This document shows positions 23,201 to 36,153 of a stretch of 64,000 bases of DNA, piece by piece. This DNA comes from Balanoglossus misakiensis (Eukaryota > Animalia > Hemichordata). The notes beneath the pieces were generated by a model. It searched no databases and was not told the origin of the DNA. It worked only from the letters and a program-made list of their open reading frames with translations. Where the stretch lies: positions 8,153,337 to 8,217,336 of the forward strand of contig CM082586.2 of the NCBI GenBank assembly GCA_040954595.2, given 5' to 3'. How positions within the stretch are numbered: the first letter of the stretch is position 1; every line of letters begins with the position of its first letter. The position numbers and the translations under genes were made by a program.

Positions 23201-26200
23201 TTATACATTTGCATCAGCTCTTTCTCTGAGCTTGACTGCTCTATAAACAAAATTACAAAGTCTGAGTATGGTGTCTGAATCATTTGTGTTCATTACATTG
23301 ATAAACTTATAAAAGTTTGGCTCTAAAAACAGATAAGTCGGTAAGTATCGTACTCTGAGATTGTTATACAGTGGACAAATTACTAGAAAGTGGTACTCAT
23401 CTTCAACTGCTTTGGTGTTACAAAATTTACAATGTCTGTCTGCTGGGTCGATGTGGTGTCTTCTGCCTTCCTCTATAGCGAGAGGAAGTGAAGAACACCG
23501 AAAACGTGAATACATTTGGATAACATTGTGGTGACACTGGATGGAAAGGTATTTTTCAGGTTCTAAAATACTCTTGAATTGAATGTAAGTGCGAAGTTTT
23601 GGTTTCAATGTCATGTTTTCTCTCCATTGTTGTCTAAAAATATCCTGCACTCTTAGTTGAAATGTCGAAAGAAATAATTGCTTGTTGCCCACTTCCTGAG
23701 CAACCCATGCAAAACCCAGCCCAAATGAGAACAGAATATCCTTTATAGATGACGCCCAAGTACGTCTGCCTATACTGTCCAAATTACATAACATAATATA
23801 AGCATGTTTCGGAATTCTGTCATTGGGCATTTCTAACAGCTTTAACCAAAAACTGATACAACGTTTCAGGGTGTAATAATAAATAGGGAAGCGCCCACAT
23901 TCTCCTAGTACAGCTTCATTTGTCGCATTCTTAGGTAAACCCAATATTCTTCTGCACCAATTCCTTTGAATTTTCTCTATAGCATCAAAATATTGATGGC
24001 CCCAGACTTCTGAACCATAACAAAGGATTGGCAGAATAAGCACATCTAACAGTTTAAAATGAACATTAAAATCAAAGTGACCAAGTTTCCACCTTGCGAC
24101 TGAGAGTGAAGTTAAGGCTTTGTTTGCTTGGTTGGCTAAGGTGCAAACTGCTTTGGACCATGAATTTCGTGAGGAAAGGAGAAGGCCAAGGTACTTATAA
24201 TAAGAAACAATCTCAATCGCAGTTCCATTAAAATGCCATTTCTCCCATCGCGAACGATGGCCACCTTTACGAAATATCATTACCTTTGTTTTATCAAAAT
24301 TGATCTGCATACGCCATTTAGTGCAAAAGAGGGCTAAAATGTCAATCAAACATTGCAAATTTCTAATAGAATCAGCAAAAATGACAACATCGTCTGCGTA
24401 TAATAAACAGAAAAGGTCATACAATTTTTGGGTAAGCTGAACACCCATAATACCAGCTGACATGTACATAGAATTAAGTTCTTCTATAAAGAAACTGAAT
24501 AATATAGGGCTTAGGATACATCCCTGCCTGACCCCAGCTGGACAATCAAAATAGTGTGATGAGACATTGCCCGCTCTGACACATGACTTAATGTTGGAAT
24601 ACATGGATTTTAAAATACGAAACATTTTCCCCTTGATGCCTAGCGACATGAGTTTGTACAACAGGAGGGAGTGGTTAACCCTGTCAAATGCCTTGGAAAA
24701 GTCAATGAAGAGACAGTAAAGTTTTCCACGACGGACACTTAAATATTTCTGAATGATGGCGTGTAAGGTAAAAATGTTATCCGTAGTGCCGTGATTTTTT
24801 CTAAAACCTGCTTGGCAGTCTGAGAGAATATTTGAACTGTCGGACCATTTCGTTAAACGATCGTTCAGTATTGAGGTAAAGACCTTTCCAAGCGCATTTA
24901 ACAAAGAAATACCCCTGTAGTTGTTTACATCACTTTTGACTCCTTTCTTGAACAGTGGAATGACAATGGCAACTGGCCACTCAGGAGGAAATCTTCCAGA
25001 CTCAAAAATAAAGTTGAATGTTTGCACTAATAGTGGCAAAATTACATTCGCTGCATAGCTATAAAATTCGTTGGGCAGACCATCGGGCCCTGGTGCTTTC
25101 CCATTTTTAAGCTTTCTCAGACAATTCAAGACTTCAGTTTCTGTTATTGGACCGTTAAACACATCATTGGTATGTTGATCGTTCTCTTCTAGATCATTGT
25201 TGTTACATGTATACAGATTTATGTCTTCCTCCACAGAGCGCAAGAACTCCAAATCCCCCGATTCAATGTCGTGGCATTTTTTGTATAGGTTACTGAAGTA
25301 GTCAAACCATGACTGAATACTAATTTCACTTTGGGAGAATTTCCTGCGGCCAATCACAGAGTTCAAAATGGACCAAAATTCACCAGAGTTTTGTGATGCC
25401 GCCTCCCGGAAACAATTACGAATGGAATTTTGGTACTCATGCTTGCAGTTCTTGCAAATCTGTTTGAAGTGTTTCTTTGCAGACTTAAACTCGTCAAGAG
25501 AATCCTGTGTACCTAATTGTCTGAACAACTTTAACTTATTGTAGACTGTGGCTTTGGTCTGTTGGCACTTAGTGCCAAACCACGGTGGTTGATTTGGTTT
25601 CACCCTGCAAGGATTTAACCGAATGCGACCATCTGCACCTGCTGTCTGCAACGCAAGGTTAAGTTTTGAAATGACACAGCTTGTGTTGGGAAATGCACTT
25701 CTTGAATCTTCTAAAATGTTTTGGATATGAGAGGAGTGAAGGTTTCTCACAAAAGAGCGCTTACATTTCTCAGTCACGTGAAAACGAGTAATGGGTGTGG
25801 GAGCACAGTCCGCTGGAGGGCTGCTGTTATCCAAGGGTGAATTTACATAATTTATGTAACAGGTGAGTGGGAAATGATCTGAATCTATTCGTGGAAGGAC
25901 TTCAAAGCAATTAACATATCTGAATAATTCAGCTGACATAATGACATAATCGATGACACTGCTCCCCGTTGCTGAAATATGTGTGATATTGCCCTCTTTG
26001 TCACCACCTACCCGACCATTGATAATATGTAAATCAAATTTTCGACAGATGTCCAGTAAGGCTTTTCCCGCTTCATTAACAGACAAGTCTTTAGAATTTC
26101 TATGCATGTGAAAATTAGACGAATTGTGCATATCTGCATCCATAGGAAGAAAGTCTACAGAGTCATCAAAAATAAAATCGTCTTCTACACCCGTTCGAGC

Positions 26201-27018
26201 GTTAAAGTCACCACCAATTATGAAATAACTGTCTGAAAATTCAGAACATAGTTCAACAAGCTGATTTTCAAAACTTTCAAGGTTGTCCAAAATGGACTCG
26301 GGTCTAAAGTAATAACATCCCAAAATTACATTACGGTCAAATCCGAGCAAACTCTTATGAATATGCATAAAGATACAGTTTTCTAAGTTGCTATGAATGG
26401 GTCGAATCTTGTGAATAAAATGATTCTTAATATAAAGAGCAGTGCCGCCGCTATGGAGAAGTGAGAGATTTACTTCAGAAGGATCACGTGACGGAAACTC
26501 TTACCCTATCAGAGTTGACTTTGTTTCCCGCCAAACTTTATACTTGTAGCAAATTTATTGTAATTTTTGAGTGTTTGCTCCGGCGTTCGTGGGACTTATA
26601 TATAACCCAGTTTTGGCGATTTCGGGCAGCTTTTTGTAAGGAGCTCTGTGGTGTTACTTTGTTGTTGGATTCAGATGGTAATAAACCAGTGTTTTACCTA
26701 GCACTGAATCGTTCGCTTCTTTTCCGACGTCAGTATACTCGAACCCCCTCCCGGGAGTATTGATCACTGCCACGATACTCCCCCACAGCCGCTTGGTCTT
26801 CCTTTGGAGTAGCGCCTTTTGGCAGGTGATTTGAAGACAGCATAATTACGTAAAACATCGACATGGTCTTTATCAGTGCAAAAAGTTTCCACCATTCCTA
26901 CTATATCATACTTTGAGCAAAAAGACAGAAAGTCGTCATCGGTGATTTTTGGTTTCAAACCTCGTATGTTCCAGAATAACAATGAAAAAATACATACACC
27001 TGGGCCTTGGCCACATCC
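23201..27018 (-). CDS. LINE ORF2 (APE endonuclease, reverse transcriptase, C-terminal Cys/His motif), interrupted by a solo LTR at 26452-26787
   Basis: Motifs FWNIRGL...ETF, GGDFNAR, IDY, SDHFP, GVRQGCILSP, LLYADD and CKFC...EDEYHFLVICP. Removing the LTR and one TSD copy restores ...GRPSGGTALYIK... in frame. Confidence 0.9.
26452..26787 (+). mobile_element. solo LTR inserted in the LINE endonuclease region
   Basis: 5-bp TSD GCCGC (26447-26451 and 26788-26792). Ends TATGGAGAAGT...ACTCCCCCACA are a degenerate TG...CA with short IR. There is an internal TATATATAA and an AATAAA. Confidence 0.8.
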
Positions 27019-27879
27019 CTACAGTGCAATTTCTTTGACTTGAAAAATTTGTCCATTACTTTCGTTCACTTTGTAGATTTTCTTGACTCCCTGCTCGTCA
27101 GTGCAAATTAACTTATCATACCTTACTTGTGACTTCAGTGACGGATTGTCCTCCAGCAGCGACTTGCGGAACTGTAGTAACTTTGCTCGTATAGAACCTA
27201 TGCGCTTCGAAAAGTCTTCGCCGATACTAACGTTTGTACCTTTGAGTTTGTTAGCAGCTGAAAAGACTGTGGACTTGTCTTTGTATCTTGCAAGCTTGGC
27301 CATGATCGGGTGGGATCCTCGCACTGTTGGCGCGTTTGTTACTCGGTGTACCCTCTCAAATTCAATTTCCTTCGAAATGCCGAGGTTGTCCTTCAGCACA
27401 GACTGGACTTTTTCCTCTGAAGTGCTCCAGCTCTCAACCGGGTCGTCTTGGGGTATACCGTAGAAAAGAAGATTGCTTTGTCTGCTTCTGTTATCCATAT
27501 CGTCGTTTGCCCGTCTAAGATTGCAGTTTTCTTTTTTCAGTTGGTCTAATGACGATTTAATTTCTTGCAACGTACCTGCGTTGTCATTCGATTCCAAGGC
27601 TGATAGTTTCGTTGAATTACTTTGAATGGTATCTCGTAGCTCCACCATGTCGTCCTCAATGTTGTCCATTCTGATTTGTAGGGAGTCCAATTTTCCGTGG
27701 ACGTACTCCGACTCCGAAATTAATTTATCGAGTTTTTCATTAATGCCAGCAATGTCATCCTTCGTAGCAGCGCGTTGTGGTCCCGGGTTGCTTTCCACAT
27801 CACCAGCCAACACTAAAAGACTTATAAGGCATAATTTGATTGACAGCGGCAGCTGGCAGTTTAGCAATGGTATGGTGAG
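27019..27879 (-). CDS. LINE ORF1 (2A-like peptide, coiled coil, L1-type RRM/CTD), 5'-truncated
   Basis: LLVLAGDVESNPGP, then heptad repeats, NRSRQSNLLFYGIP, IEFERVHRV and SIGEDFS. Confidence 0.85.
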   Translation of the reverse strand, partial: LTIPLLNCQLPLSIKLCLISLLVLAGDVESNPGPQRAATKDDIAGINEKLDKLISESEYVHGKLDSLQIRMDNIEDDMVELRDTIQSNSTKLSALESNDNAGTLQEIKSSLDQLKKENCNLRRANDDMDNRSRQSNLLFYGIPQDDPVESWSTSEEKVQSVLKDNLGISKEIEFERVHRVTNAPTVRGSHPIMAKLARYKDKSTVFSAANKLKGTNVSIGEDFSKRIGSIRAKLLQFRKSLLEDNPSLKSQVRYDKLICTDEQGVKKIYKVNESNGQIFQVKEIAL

Positions 27880-29820
27880 TAAGGTCAGGTTTCAATAGTA
27901 TTTAAGACTTTGCGTGATAACGAAACACGTTTATTAGCACAGAGGGATCTATATGTGTTCAACACTGAGAGAAAATTCAGCCAACTATCCCGTAAGAACT
28001 GTTAAAACACCGTTAAACTGAAGAACGAATTTTGTACAACTCACAGATCAGTTCATTGGAAATTGACGTGGTCTTCGACGAAACCATTGAAGGAATCGCC
28101 GCAAATGTCGTTATCAAAATCACTTATGTCCTTTCCCCAGAAAATGAAGGCTTCAAAAAAATTTGCAAATAAATCCTGGGTTCATGTATAACCGCCAGAG
28201 TTTTAAAGTCATATCTCCAAACATGTATTGAAATCTATCCAACAGACGACCCATGGTTATTACCAACAAGCCAGAAAATAATTATTCACATTCCAGTGAG
28301 GTCATATAGATATTACTGTATAGCCGCGATCTACATTGATTTCGCTATTCCTGCACTCGAGTCTCAGACTCTAAATCCACGTCGGGTCAAAATTCACCAG
28401 ATTTAGTAATAATATCTATCGATAGAAAAAATAAACTTTTTGGCGTACCAGGCAGGTCGCCAGTTTCGGCTAAAGAAGTCGGTCAATTATTGGCCCTCTC
28501 CTTATCTCAATGGTTATCAATAAATGTCCGCCAGTCCGAAGACATGTCTCAACACAAACATGCATAGCTGCAAAAACTGACAGCCCGCCCCTTTGACCAC
28601 AGTGGAACTTGTATTAATAGAATATGTCGTAGGGGTTTACAATTTGTAATACGGAGTTGGGATGGGGTAGGGTGGGATGGGGTGGGGCGCAGACTTGTCT
28701 TACATTGAGAAAATCCAGAATAGTCATAGTTTGTGGAGGGGGGGGGGGGTGAGATCCCAGCCAAAATACAGTGCATGTGAAACCTGTCATTACGGACACC
28801 TCTCTATTAAGGACAGATTTTTCATGACAAATGTCACTGTTGGAATAGAATTTTACCTGTCTATTAGACTAGCCCACTAGTCGCTTGGTGATGTTTGAAT
28901 CTCAATACTTTTTGTGTTTGCTGTGTTTTTTAGTCTTAATAAATAATTGCAAAACTTTTTGCGTGCATGCTTGCTTTGAGCGTGTTTCTAGTAGTGAGTT
29001 TAGTTTCGAATTTTGGACTCAGCTCACGGTTTCGGTTAGCGTCGACCAATCCTACGCGTTCCCTTGACGTACATACGCGCTGACACTCGGTGACTTTTAC
29101 TCAACACACGGTACATAGAGAAATTCGGAAGAAGTTTTTTAAATGTATTTATTATTTGCTTATTTCATCATGACTTTGCAATTATTTGATTATTTCCTTT
29201 TCTTTTAACATTAAACTAAATTTGAAACTTGAAACCAATCACTCAGGTGCGAGTCTTAGTTTACATGTAGCTTAAAGGATGCCGAAAATGCAAAGTGACA
29301 AAATAAACCTGATAATCGCACTTCATATATGAACCATTACAGACGGGCCACGACATGCAATCATCTCAACGATGCCGCGGGGGACACGTACAATCATGCC
29401 AGGTCGTGCATGTGAGCGCTAATGTCCGTGAAAAATAATTCTAGACTGACCAACTCCAGCAACATTCGTATGGTCTTATGGGTAAACGTGTCTGGAGACA
29501 AGATTGGTCAGAACGTTTGATGTCAACGAAGTCATTGACATTGACAAAACCACACAATCATAATATTATATGTCCCAATGGCCCATAATGGAGGGGTTCA
29601 AGTACAAGCTGTGCTCTATATAATGTATGCTGCAGTCCATGATGGGCCGTTGAGGCGTACGTTGTTGATTAATAAATATGCGTGTATCGCATAACATAAT
29701 CTTCACTGTACATTTCTGGTCCGAAGTCCAATAACTCTAACCGGCCAAGATGGCGAGCTGTTACCAGCGTATTTCGGTCAATCTTACTGCATTAAGCTGA
29801 TATTTTGTTTGGATATAACC

Positions 29821-32800
29821 ATGACGACCACTAGCAGCGACATTCTCCCTCTCAGAGAGTTATTCTTCAGTTTAAATGGCCAACTGGGTGAGAAGGAGGT
29901 CAAAAAACTGAAACATGCACTGTCCAGTAGCCATATTAGTGCAAGGGACGCGGAGAATGCAGAAACTGCACTGGACATATTCATGCTACTAGAAACGCGT
30001 GGTTTTGTGTCTAATACGAATGTGGATTTACTTGTAAAACTGATGAAACTTTTAAAACTCGCAAAGTTACAGAAAGAAGTGGAGGAGTTCCAAAGACAAT
30101 CAACTTCAATGGTAGCGGGTAAGGCGTTTATAGACTGTACCACAACCAGTGTTTAACAGGCAACTACATGCCGCCATTGTTGCAGACTGTAACTTAGGGA
30201 ATAGGGCGCGTCGCACCGTCGACAGATTTTAGAAAGTGTCGTTTGAGAGCCAATCCATTTTAAACGAAATATGCAGAAATATGCGGAGCATATTCAAACA
30301 CAGTGGAAGTATTTGGGTAGTACATTGCTTTTATAATTTCAAATTAATTCGATCAGAAAAGGAAGTGTAGACATTTGAATTCCTGTTTCCATTAAACTGA
30401 GTGCATACGTGTGTCAACGTGAAACCAACCCCTGGCAATTAATCAAGTACTTGAATCGTGTCTCGCCATGAATAAATCGCTGGCATTATCGTGAATGTAC
30501 ATCATACGGTGTGTTGATACACAGGTATTAGGCCTGGGCGGTCACCCCGGGACATTAGTCAATTGAGTTCTGCTCACCCACCACTTAGCTGAGTGCCCGG
30601 TGGGTAAATGTTCAGGGGGTACCTGTCCTAAAACCGTCTGCACTAGTGTCTGTTCCCACAATCATCAGGACTTTAACAAGGATATCAAAAAGTCACTAAT
30701 ACTTCGCTGCTGTCAGAATCGTAAGCTGTTCCATCATTCAAATCGCAGCGGAAAATGCCAATTTAATGTAATGAACTCCGTTACAACATACTTTGGTTAT
30801 TTAGGACTCTACTATATATATATTTAAAACCAGTATTTATTGGTTTTTATCAGCAAATGGTGTAGTCATAAACAGTGACTGAGTGAAACGAGAGTGCCGT
30901 TAACTGCACGATTAGTCTGACTTTAAAACGGAAACTGCCATCTGGGGATTGAACGCCGTCACAGCATATTTGGATAATAAACCACGGGTTATTCACGACT
31001 GTACTATGAGTGCAACCAAGATGTCTTGAATTTCTCTCTATCTTCTATAGTACATACATGCAGAGCTAAAGGTTGACAGACCCGCACCAGGATTTGTCTG
31101 CACCAGGTCTGTCACATGCATGCCCTGACAGGTATACTGTATGTCTGACGTGCAAGCCACGCACAAGGCCTAATCTGTCAGACCTGTGGCAGGTCTGTCC
31201 CGTCAGACCTGCACCGTACATACATCAGACCTGGTGCAGACCTGGTGAACTTTGGTTGTGTAGTATATATCGTTCATGACGTACACAAATATGCATGGAA
31301 ATTACACACATGATAATTTCATGTTCAGGAAAATGACATAATGGCCACCAAAGCAAATATTAGTACGAATGCTACCAAGTAATCGTGTAAATCAGGCTAG
31401 TAATTAACAGTCTTATAAAAATATTTCGGATTGAGCGTCTTTAGTGAAAATGTTTCTATTTTAATTGTGCAGTATGGCAAAATGATAAACAAGGTCTACT
31501 TTTCAGCTTTACCGCCAGTGAAACTGACTCAATCGGATAGACACATTTTCTGCCGTTGTCTGTCTGAATCCCCAGCTGTCGGCTGAAGACATGGGATGGG
31601 GGCTTATTTTTTTCAAATTATTGTAACTGTCACTATATTTGGTATCGCGATGTATGAAATGTACCTCTTTTTAACCAAAGATGCCAAGTATTTTCTGCTG
31701 CACTCTCAAAGAATCCTCCAAATTACTCATAGAACTTCTGTAGGGAACAGATCGCAAATGATGTCATATATTCATCGCACTCTTAATTTTACAACAGGTA
31801 AAAAAAGAAGACGACACAGTCTCACTGACCTACAAGGACCGGAAATGCAACCCTGCGTTGGTGAGTACCATGAAATATTTTACTTGATTTTAGATCTGGG
31901 TCAATAGTGATTATGCTGTGGGTCCGTTCTTTACCATCACCAGTTATATTTGTCCCACATTTGAATTCTGTATTTTAGTATTCATTCAAGGGACATTATT
32001 GTATGTCTTTTCAAAAAGTGACTGTAGTGTGAATGATTTCTTCCATTTATACTCAGAAACACCATGGTGGCAATTTCGTCTGTGTTAATTAATTCCTTTT
32101 TTATCCGAAGTATAAAAATACGTCATGCACCTTTGCAATTTCTCTCCCACAGATTTCATGGTAATGCTGACGTTGGTCTTGACATTCATGAAGTCAACGG
32201 TAGAGTATAAGCATATGATGGAAGAAAGGAATGAAGAAAAGATCAAAGAATTACTGAGCACAGCCACAGAGATTTTTGAGAATGAATTCAGCGAAACAAT
32301 TGGTGGAAATAATCCAGAGATGAAGAGATTGATAAGAGATGCATTTAAACGTTTCGAACTGGAATTGATCAAGATGAAACGGTCCTCTGTTATACTTACT
32401 CTACGGTCATTCAAAATTCGTAGCATAGAACGTTTCCAAGACGGAGTGGAACGTGGTGATGTTGACAGACAACTGACTGACATATTTGTTACAAAGGCGA
32501 TGAAAGCACTGATCAAAGACCAACCTTTAGAGTTCCGTGTGGAAACTCACGTTGACCAATCACAATTGAAGATGGGAATACAGTACTTTAAAGGTAAGAG
32601 TTCGCTGACAATACCTTGGTTTCTGTTTGTAGAACATTAGGGGAGAACCATTTGATTTCTGGAGTGGACGATACGGATAGGTCAGCAAATTATTTTTTTT
32701 TTATCCAGTGTTACAACATTATTTTCTTCAAGGCAGTGCAGAAGAATTTGTTTACCTCTCCACCATCTGCCAACATTTTTTTCTTCAAGAATTCCTCCAC

Positions 32801-35800
32801 CCTTCCGAAGTAAAATGGTTCTCCCCTTAATTTATAGTATCTGGTGATTTTTTCATTGGCAATTCATGTTTGTCTACTATGTCCAGGACAAATTAATACC
32901 ATGTTCTTTGATATGGATCAGCCATAGTATGTGAATAGGGAATCTTGATCATACCACAAATATAATGCCTGACATTATTTTCAGTCCGTTACATTATACA
33001 TGTATTTGGTTTCTGGACTCTGGTGGGAGCGTTATTGTATAAATTCACTGGTTTGACGGCAGTGTATAGTGATTTACATTATTTTGATAAAATTTGTTCA
33101 GTTTTCTAACTTACAGTTCCGTATATTCTCACAGATTTGCACCAAGACAACAAGGTTTTTGCCGGAGCCAGGAGCAGAAAATTACAGCAACCGACCCTAG
33201 GTGAATTCCCAGGTGTAGATCAACTGAATTTGATTTCAACAAAATGGCCGGCCAGAGAGGAAGCCGCGAAGATTGGTCTTGTTATGTTCGAGTGTAGTAA
33301 TGGATTCCGGAAACGACTACAAGTGGTCACAGTACAACGCGACATCGCCCAGAGAAAGATCACATATCTGGAGCAGACGAAATCTCTCCAACAAGAAGAA
33401 ATCAAACGAGTCCAGAGTGCCAAAGAACGAGCAGAAAAAGTAGCTGTGCGTGAGAGGACAAAACGGATTGCTCCCTCAGTGGTATGTAAAAAATATAAAT
33501 ACACATGTTATAATCAGGTATTTCTACGCTGTATAAATGTTTTAAAAACTCTGGGTGAAATAGTGTTTGTAAAATTGCAAACGCTGTGACTTCAGCTTAA
33601 GAGTACAACTGCCACACATGAGAGAAACTTCCTGAGCAAAAAGTCATTCAAGGAATTTTGCTTAGTAATTTTCCTCTTGTGAGCGTCCGTCTTGAGTAAT
33701 TTTCCTCGCAAGGAAAAATATCAAACACTTGAATATTTTGATCCACAGCACAAAAGTAATAAAAATCACCAAAAAGGAAATTTGATTAGCAAAATTCCTC
33801 GAATGACTTTTCGCACAGCTAAATTCTTTTGAGTGCAGCAGCCTTTATACGCCGTATGCACTTGTCACCCTGCAATTCTCCACATTCTTCCTCAATGAAC
33901 ATCGCTATAGCGTCTGTGAATCACTAAGTAAAATCATTTTTTTTAAAAACCTTAGCCCTGTTTAAATATGAATTTAGATGTTTTAGTAGCTTTGATGATT
34001 TCTTAATTAATACCTTTCACAAACTACATGAACAATAATATCACAATCGTAGTTGACCTCTAGAGAGGCTAAGAAAATTTGCCAACTTAAAAATGTGAAT
34101 GTTTTTCTGATTGCATTACTTTCGATAGAAAAGGCCGCAAATGGTGGTGTTTTGTTTTATATAAAGAATATTTTTGCACTATTTAAATTTCCAGGACGAA
34201 GTCTCCAAAATAAAGCACAAAACGGAAGACGTAGAAGGTCAGTGTGAAGGTTGCAAAGAAACCGAATCGCTACATAGATGCAGAGAATGCAGTGCCAAGT
34301 TTTGTTCTTCCTGTATAGTTGTCCATGAAGACACAGAAGCGGTCAAAGGTCAGAGTGACGTCACACTCGACAAATACTTAGAAGAAATAGCAAGTCAGAA
34401 ATCACAGCAAAGTCAAGTATACTGCAACTATCACGCACAGAATGAAGTACATCTGTTTTGTGATAGTTGTCAAGTATGCATCTGTCCCGAATGTATTGCC
34501 AAACATCCAATTCCTGACCATGTCCACAGAGAGATACAAGATGCAGCTGATGATTACAGACAACAACTGAGCGAGATGGTGATAAAGTTGAGAAGAAATG
34601 AACAGGCCGTCAAGTCACGTGACACTGGAGACGAGACCATCAAAGATGACCTGGAAGTGCATCGTCAAGAAGAAGAGAAGAAAGTGAGAAATAAAGCAAA
34701 AAAGAGAATAAAAATGTTGAAGAGGGAAGAGTTCAGACTGGTTGAAGAGACGAATCTTGGATACAAGGCGACCAGACAAACCATTGAAAGTGAAGTCAAT
34801 GATTGGGAAGAAATACATGGAAATATTTCCAAGGCATGCCGTTATATTGACGCACTGGTGCATGATGGGAGTTCTGCTCAACTCATGACGTCCAAGAAAC
34901 CGACTATGCTTCGAATTCAAGAATTCGCTCATAAAGTGAATCAATTCATCAAATGTGAGTTGATCAAATTTAATCCTTCTGCAGACCCTCCAGAGCATGG
35001 AATGCTGGGATTACTGACATTCGATATCAGTGCATCACAGTGTAGAGTAGAGGGCATTCCCAAAAGACTCGTCAGGGGTGAGTCTGCTGACGTCATTGTC
35101 AGAATCGAAGACAGAAGAGGGAAACCAGTCATACCATACAAAGCAATCACAGCAAAGATCTGCAAAGAAGATGGGTCACAACAAGACGTTGGAGTGGTTG
35201 ACAACAGAGATGGTACACACAGTTTGAGAATTCATGCAGATGTCGGTGGTAAACATGAAGTGAACATAACACTTGGTGATCAGCCGATACCAGGATCACC
35301 ATTTGTAATTTCTGTCAAGGGTTTGGTGAAGATAATATGCAAAGGTCAGATTGGAGGGCCAGTAGGGATAACTACTAATAAACACGGTGACTTTGTTACA
35401 GCTGACTGGGGTAACAATAGGGTACACATAGCCGACAGAGATGGAAATCACAAATCAAGTTTGTCGTTCACACAGTTTGAAAAGCCATTTAAACCAGTGG
35501 ATGTGGCAATATCAGCTGATGATGAATACTTCGTGACAGATAGGGGCAACAAACAAGTAGTTGTAAGTGATGAGGATGGAGAAGTACTCAGGCCCTTTGG
35601 ACAAACTGAACTGAAATATCCCCGTGGAATTGGTATCAGTCCTCTAGATGGCAGTGTGTATGTCACAGACTGGGATAGAGAGGGTCATGACACAGAAAAG
35701 GAAGGTAGTCACTGTGTCAGGAAATACACACAGCATGGTCAGCACATCAAATCCTTTGGAAAGCATGGCACTGAAGAGGGAGAATTTGATGGACCTGCAT

Positions 35801-36153
35801 ATGTGGATATCAACAGTCAAGGAGAAGCATTTGTATCAGATATGAACAATCACCGTGTTCAGGTGTTCAGTGCAGACTGTGAGTTTTTATATTCATTTCA
35901 CAACATCAGCACAGATGACAACCTGAAATGGCCTGAGGGAATAGTGACAGATAAAGACGGAAATGTGTATGTCTGTGACAGAGGACACAAACGTGTGGTG
36001 AAGTTAGACAGCAGAGGGAGATTCATATCTCGCATTGACTGTGATGAGGATGGACTTGAGTGGCCAATTGGTATCACACTGACCAATGATGTACCGCGCA
36101 GAGTGGCTGTAGTTGACTTTGGAAATGACTGCATTAAAGTGTTTGCCCAATAA
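29821..36153 (+). CDS. RING-less TRIM-NHL protein with N-terminal DED and TRADD-N-like domain, copy B (~1035 aa)
   Basis: Exons 29821-30118, 31798-31860, 32153-32593, 33135-33481 and 34195-36153. GT-AG introns, same phases as copy A, open frame. Confidence 0.88.
31085..31250. repeat. small inverted-repeat (MITE-like) element in intron 1 of copy B
   Basis: GTCTGCACCAGGTCTG pairs with CAGACCTGGTGCAGAC, and there are several internal CAGACCTG motifs. Confidence 0.45.

Larger units (their letters stand above)
23012..27879 (-). mobile_element. near full-length, 5'-truncated non-LTR retrotransposon (RTEX-like, APE-RT)
   Basis: 14-bp TSD TAAGGTCAGGTTTC at 22998-23011 and 27880-27893, a (TTA)n tail, ORF1 and ORF2. 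Confidence 0.92.
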
